Shown: positions 61,004-64,000 of the stretch, piece after piece | How positions within the stretch are numbered: position 1 is the first letter of the stretch | How the letters are laid out: every line of letters begins with the position of its first letter | DNA from: a virus | Length of the DNA: 64,000 bases | Reading direction: 5' to 3' (one strand) | IMG/VR virus record: IMGVR_UViG_3300045988_162372 | Notes under the pieces: generated by a model | What the model saw: the letters and a program-made list of their open reading frames with translations, nothing else | What the model was told of the DNA's origin: nothing | Database searches by the model: none | Program-made: the position numbers and the translations under genes

Positions 61004-61300
61004 TTAATTTTTCTTATTGTATAAAATAAAATCAATTTTATCCATTAACCAAAGAATAATATCATCTTTTTTAGGGGCTGAATATAATGAATAATGCCAT
61101 CCATGTACACCTGCCCATATTTTATTTATATTAAAATTAAACTTATTTGAAAATCTATATAATTGCTTTGTTTTGACATCATAAGCACAATCAGTTTCTT
61201 CTGAATAATTTAAAATATGTGCTAACATTTCAGCTTGTTCAAAAGTGACATACATGTTATCACAATTATCCACTAATACCGTATTATTTTGCTTTTCCAT
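61004..61300 (-). CDS. hypothetical protein
   Basis: 98 aa ORF. Confidence 0.5.
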   Translation of the reverse strand: MEKQNNTVLVDNCDNMYVTFEQAEMLAHILNYSEETDCAYDVKTKQLYRFSNKFNFNINKIWAGVHGWHYSLYSAPKKDDIILWLMDKIDFILYNKKN

Positions 61301-61317
61301 TGTTGCCTTATTATTAT

Positions 61318-62142
61318 TTATTTAATATATAAGCTTTCATAAACAATACTATCATTTGACTTTCCTATAGTCCTTTTAAAGGAACTGTTTCCACTTTTGA
61401 TATATAAATGTTGGGAATACAAGTCTGAAGGCACTTCGTATGTATTATCAACATTTCCACTTATCCCATCATAGGACATGGCATATTTACATTTCAATCC
61501 TCTCATCCATTTCCACATTTTATCATTCTCAAACCCACCAAGATACATTCCTTTCGTATTTGCATAAGGTGGATCAAGATATATAAAATCATTCTCATTC
61601 GGTTCTATATACTCATAGGAGCAATTAATGAATGTAACATCATATCTATTCAATAGTTCACTCCATTCACGAATAATCTTGTCAAGTTTCTCAGGTAATA
61701 TTCCATTTCTTGTAATATGGAATGAATTGTTAAACTGACCATTCTGATTATATCTAGGCATACCGTTTGTCGTTGTTCTCATAATGAACATAAAATCTAA
61801 CGGATACTTGGTTTTATTAAATCTTTCCCTTACTTTTTCAAAATATAACTTTTTCCTTGTCTTATCATCATCCATATTTAACTCATTCCATAATAAGCTG
61901 TAATGTATGGAAACATCATCGGGATTTGATTTAATCAGTCGCCATAACTCTATCAGTTCAGTATTTAGGTCTGAACAAATATATCTGTTTACTTTTATAT
62001 TGCTTTCAAGGAGTGTTCTCAATACAGAGCAGCCACCACAGAAAGGCTCATAATATGTGTCAATTTCGTTTGGAAAATACTTGATTATCTCACTTGCTTG
62101 AGAGCGTTTGCTTCCGCTCCATTTAATTACTGGTTGAAACAT
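61318..62142 (-). CDS. dam: Dam-type N6-adenine DNA methyltransferase (intact)
   Basis: Start moved to MFQPVIKWSGSKRSQ, because the track start overlaps the -7 box. YEPFCGGCS AdoMet motif and LDPPY. Confidence 0.8.
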   Translation of the reverse strand: MFQPVIKWSGSKRSQASEIIKYFPNEIDTYYEPFCGGCSVLRTLLESNIKVNRYICSDLNTELIELWRLIKSNPDDVSIHYSLLWNELNMDDDKTRKKLYFEKVRERFNKTKYPLDFMFIMRTTTNGMPRYNQNGQFNNSFHITRNGILPEKLDKIIREWSELLNRYDVTFINCSYEYIEPNENDFIYLDPPYANTKGMYLGGFENDKMWKWMRGLKCKYAMSYDGISGNVDNTYEVPSDLYSQHLYIKSGNSSFKRTIGKSNDSIVYESLYIK

Positions 62143-62158
62143 GATTTGTATTTTTCTG

Positions 62159-62166
62159 CAAATATA
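62159..62166 (-). promoter_or_regulatory. Bacteroidetes -7 promoter box
   Basis: caaatata, 17 nt upstream of ATG 62142. Confidence 0.5.
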
Positions 62167-62354
62167 CAACTAATTTCTGTAATAACCAAAAATATTTATA
62201 GTTAAATAATATATAATAACTTATCACTTATAATGTTTACTTTTCTAAAGGAATTATGGCAAATGGTTAAAATGCTGTTTTCATCCAAACCGAATGACTC
62301 TAATGAACTGAAACTGTTAGCTATGCACTGTTTTCCTTTCAAGGCTATAAATAT

Positions 62355-62756
62355 ATGATGTGGTGCGGAAAGATGATTTATCGTAAAAAGAACGAAGAAA
62401 GAATATTATCGGAGATTAATACTCCCTCTTTTCTTAAAAATAAAACACATGAAACAACACATTTGAAACAAGCTCAAGTAAAAGGAAGAAATTCATGGTT
62501 GAGATACTACCTTATCTATGTATGGGAGTGGATTAAAGGTAATCCTATCACTAGCCCTGCAAGCTCCGCATACTACACGATACCGTTTGAAATGGAAGCA
62601 TACGCCAATGAGGAAGACCCTAACTATCCTCTGAATTATGATGGTAAATATCTACATTGTTATAATATCAAAAATAGAAAGAAAACATATCGTAAATATG
62701 GTAACAGTCGTGCATGGAAAGAATATATCAAAACTATTGAAAAAACCATCGAATAA
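62355..62756 (+). CDS. hypothetical protein with an HExxH motif
   Basis: 133 aa. HETTH in KTHETTHLKQ could be a metallopeptidase motif. Weak. Confidence 0.4.
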   Translation: MMWCGKMIYRKKNEERILSEINTPSFLKNKTHETTHLKQAQVKGRNSWLRYYLIYVWEWIKGNPITSPASSAYYTIPFEMEAYANEEDPNYPLNYDGKYLHCYNIKNRKKTYRKYGNSRAWKEYIKTIEKTIE

Positions 62757-62805
62757 GACTATTTATTATAGATGAATAAAGACTGTTTAAAATAGAATAT
62801 AAATT

Positions 62806-63216
62806 ATGCAAGTAAAAGAGATATGTGACGCAGTAACAAGGCTTTACCTGTATGCTGACAATACAAAATTTATACATTATAGCACCCCCAAGAACCACAT
62901 GCACAAATTATGTGATGAAGTTCGTGATGAGATTTTAAAATTTGTCGACGAACTTGCCGAAAGTTGTTTCGGTTTTCTTGGAAAGCCCTCTTATGGAGAT
63001 TTTTCAATCAAAACTGATATTACTACAAGTGATGATTTGAGAAACCTTTGCGATAGTTGTATGGGGGTTGTTGCTCCTATTAGAACTGAATGTGAAAAAG
63101 ATGAAAAACTCTCAGGTATTGTTTCCATTATTGACGATTTTTATCAATATCTAGGTAAGGCAAAATTCCTCTGTACTTTTGATAAATTGTCTAATAGTGA
63201 TAATGCTAAAGAATAA
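62806..63216 (+). CDS. hypothetical helical protein (weakly Dps/ferritin-like)
   Basis: 136 aa ORF. The similarity is only impressionistic. Confidence 0.4.
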   Translation: MQVKEICDAVTRLYLYADNTKFIHYSTPKNHMHKLCDEVRDEILKFVDELAESCFGFLGKPSYGDFSIKTDITTSDDLRNLCDSCMGVVAPIRTECEKDEKLSGIVSIIDDFYQYLGKAKFLCTFDKLSNSDNAKE

Positions 63217-63238
63217 TCAAAATAAATTATATTATAAG

Positions 63239-63379
63239 ATGCCCTGCAATTGTAAAAAACGTGTTGTCAAGACACAACCTAAAAAAATACAAAAAGCACC
63301 CCCTAAGAAACCTGATAGCAATGGAGGCGTATCTCAAACAAGTACAATAAGACGTATTATAAGAAGGACTGGTAGATAA
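63239..63379 (+). CDS. small basic protein (46 aa)
   Basis: Start placed at MPCNCKKRVVK. Followed by a terminator hairpin. Confidence 0.35.
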   Translation: MPCNCKKRVVKTQPKKIQKAPPKKPDSNGGVSQTSTIRRIIRRTGR

Positions 63380-63397
63380 TTCTATCAGTCCTTTTTT
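63365..63397 (+). terminator. intrinsic terminator
   Basis: aggactg / cagtcct, a 7-bp stem with a 14-nt loop, followed by TTTTTT. Confidence 0.6.
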
Positions 63398-63568
63398 ATA
63401 ATCTATTATTCTTTTGATTTATTATTTCCATCTTTTACTTCATTTTCAAACTCGTTATTTAAAACCGCTGATTCTGCCATAAGATAAGAATCCATTGTTA
63501 CTTCAGCTTCACTCGCTACAGCTGAACGATATAATGTAGTTGCAGTATTAAGGTAATGATATACGTGT

Positions 63569-64000
63569 TCACCCAGTAATGGGTTCACACGATTTATTAT
63601 CTTGACGTTTCATAGGGTGACTTGTGTCATTGCCCTCACCGTCCGTGTTTATCCCAGTTACCTCTGGGATTTTATTTTCTACCGCAACCTGCGCTTGCGG
63701 ATGCAAGCCAAAGTTGCGTATGTTTATTGCCGCATTCACATCCCTGTCGTGGCTTGTGCCACATTTGGGGCAGACCCAATTTCTGTCTTTCAATGTCAGG
63801 TCTTTCTTGACATATCCGCAACAAGAACAAGTCTTACTGCTTGGCTCAAACCTGCCAATGAATATCACGTTTTTCCTGTTCCACTCAGCCTTGTATGCAA
63901 GTTGCCTTACAAATTCATTCCATGCAACACTTGAAATTGCGTTTGCCAAATGATGATTTTGCATCATCCCTTGCACATTAAGGTTCTCAAGGCAGATTGT
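63569..64000 (-). mobile_element. tnpB: TnpB (IS200/IS605 OrfB) C-terminal part; 5' end lies beyond the right window edge
   Basis: The frame is open to position 64000. [11 protein letters not shown] (RuvC-II Glu), CSCCGY...[18 protein letters not shown] (zinc finger + RuvC-III Asp). Confidence 0.8.

Noticed and set aside
62233-62358. 41-aa ORF just upstream of 62355-62756, considered as a frameshifted N-terminus of that gene
   Set aside because: I cannot show homology across the junction. A simple ATG start at 62355 explains the data.
63406-63588. 60-aa ORF downstream of and overlapping the tnpB stop
   Set aside because: It lies where the TnpB guide RNA and transposon end are expected. It has no promoter box and no recognisable motif.
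1-64000. CRISPR arrays, rRNA genes, integrase/attachment sites
   Set aside because: I saw no regularly spaced direct repeats, no rRNA-like segments and no recombinase motifs anywhere in the window.

Overview
AT-rich window, almost all coded on the minus strand. It looks like part of a large tailed phage or prophage of a Bacteroidota host: I count 19 copies of the Bacteroidetes -7 promoter box TAnnTTTG upstream of minus-strand genes. All calls were made by eye from the sequence and the ORF track; no searches were run.

Main content:
1. A complete diversity-generating retroelement (DGR) at 9027-13848: target gene with C-terminal variable repeat (VR), avd, template repeat (TR), reverse transcriptase (RT). 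All 21 TR/VR differences fall at TR adenines. Two tail-fibre-motif genes sit next to it.
2. A ~5.7 kb tRNA island (49817-55484) plus one outlier (57533-57606), giving 19 amino-acid specificities. No tRNA-Val was found and none of the genes encodes CCA.
3. Inside that island, a five-copy structured RNA family that I could not assign to any known class. A bipartite leader/trailer stem with a conserved UAGUGA / UUCU internal loop clamps a cargo. The cargo is a normal tRNA-Pro, a tRNA-Gly-like body, two circularly permuted tRNA-like bodies (Cys-GCA and Lys-UUU), or almost nothing.
4. Further ORF-free structured stretches in the island: about 680 nt, about 380 nt, and a 124-nt tRNA-like element.
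5. RNA-maintenance genes: Ro60/TROVE-vWA, a CCA-adding enzyme, an RlaP-like nucleotidyltransferase, an HAD phosphatase, a PTH2-like protein and a YqeY-like protein.
6. Host-takeover and auxiliary genes: sigma-70 factor overlapping IF-3, DnaK/DnaJ split by a homing-endonuclease-like gene, a soluble FtsH-like protease, nicotinamidase, NAD synthetase, DHFR, a short PurA/PurZ-like enzyme, NUDIX, an OmpA lipoprotein and an SPFH lipoprotein.
7. DNA methylation: two intact adenine methyltransferases, plus a Dam gene broken by a G10 tract.
8. Mobile-element remains: one truncated TnpB and one TnpB running off the right edge.

No rRNA or CRISPR array was seen.
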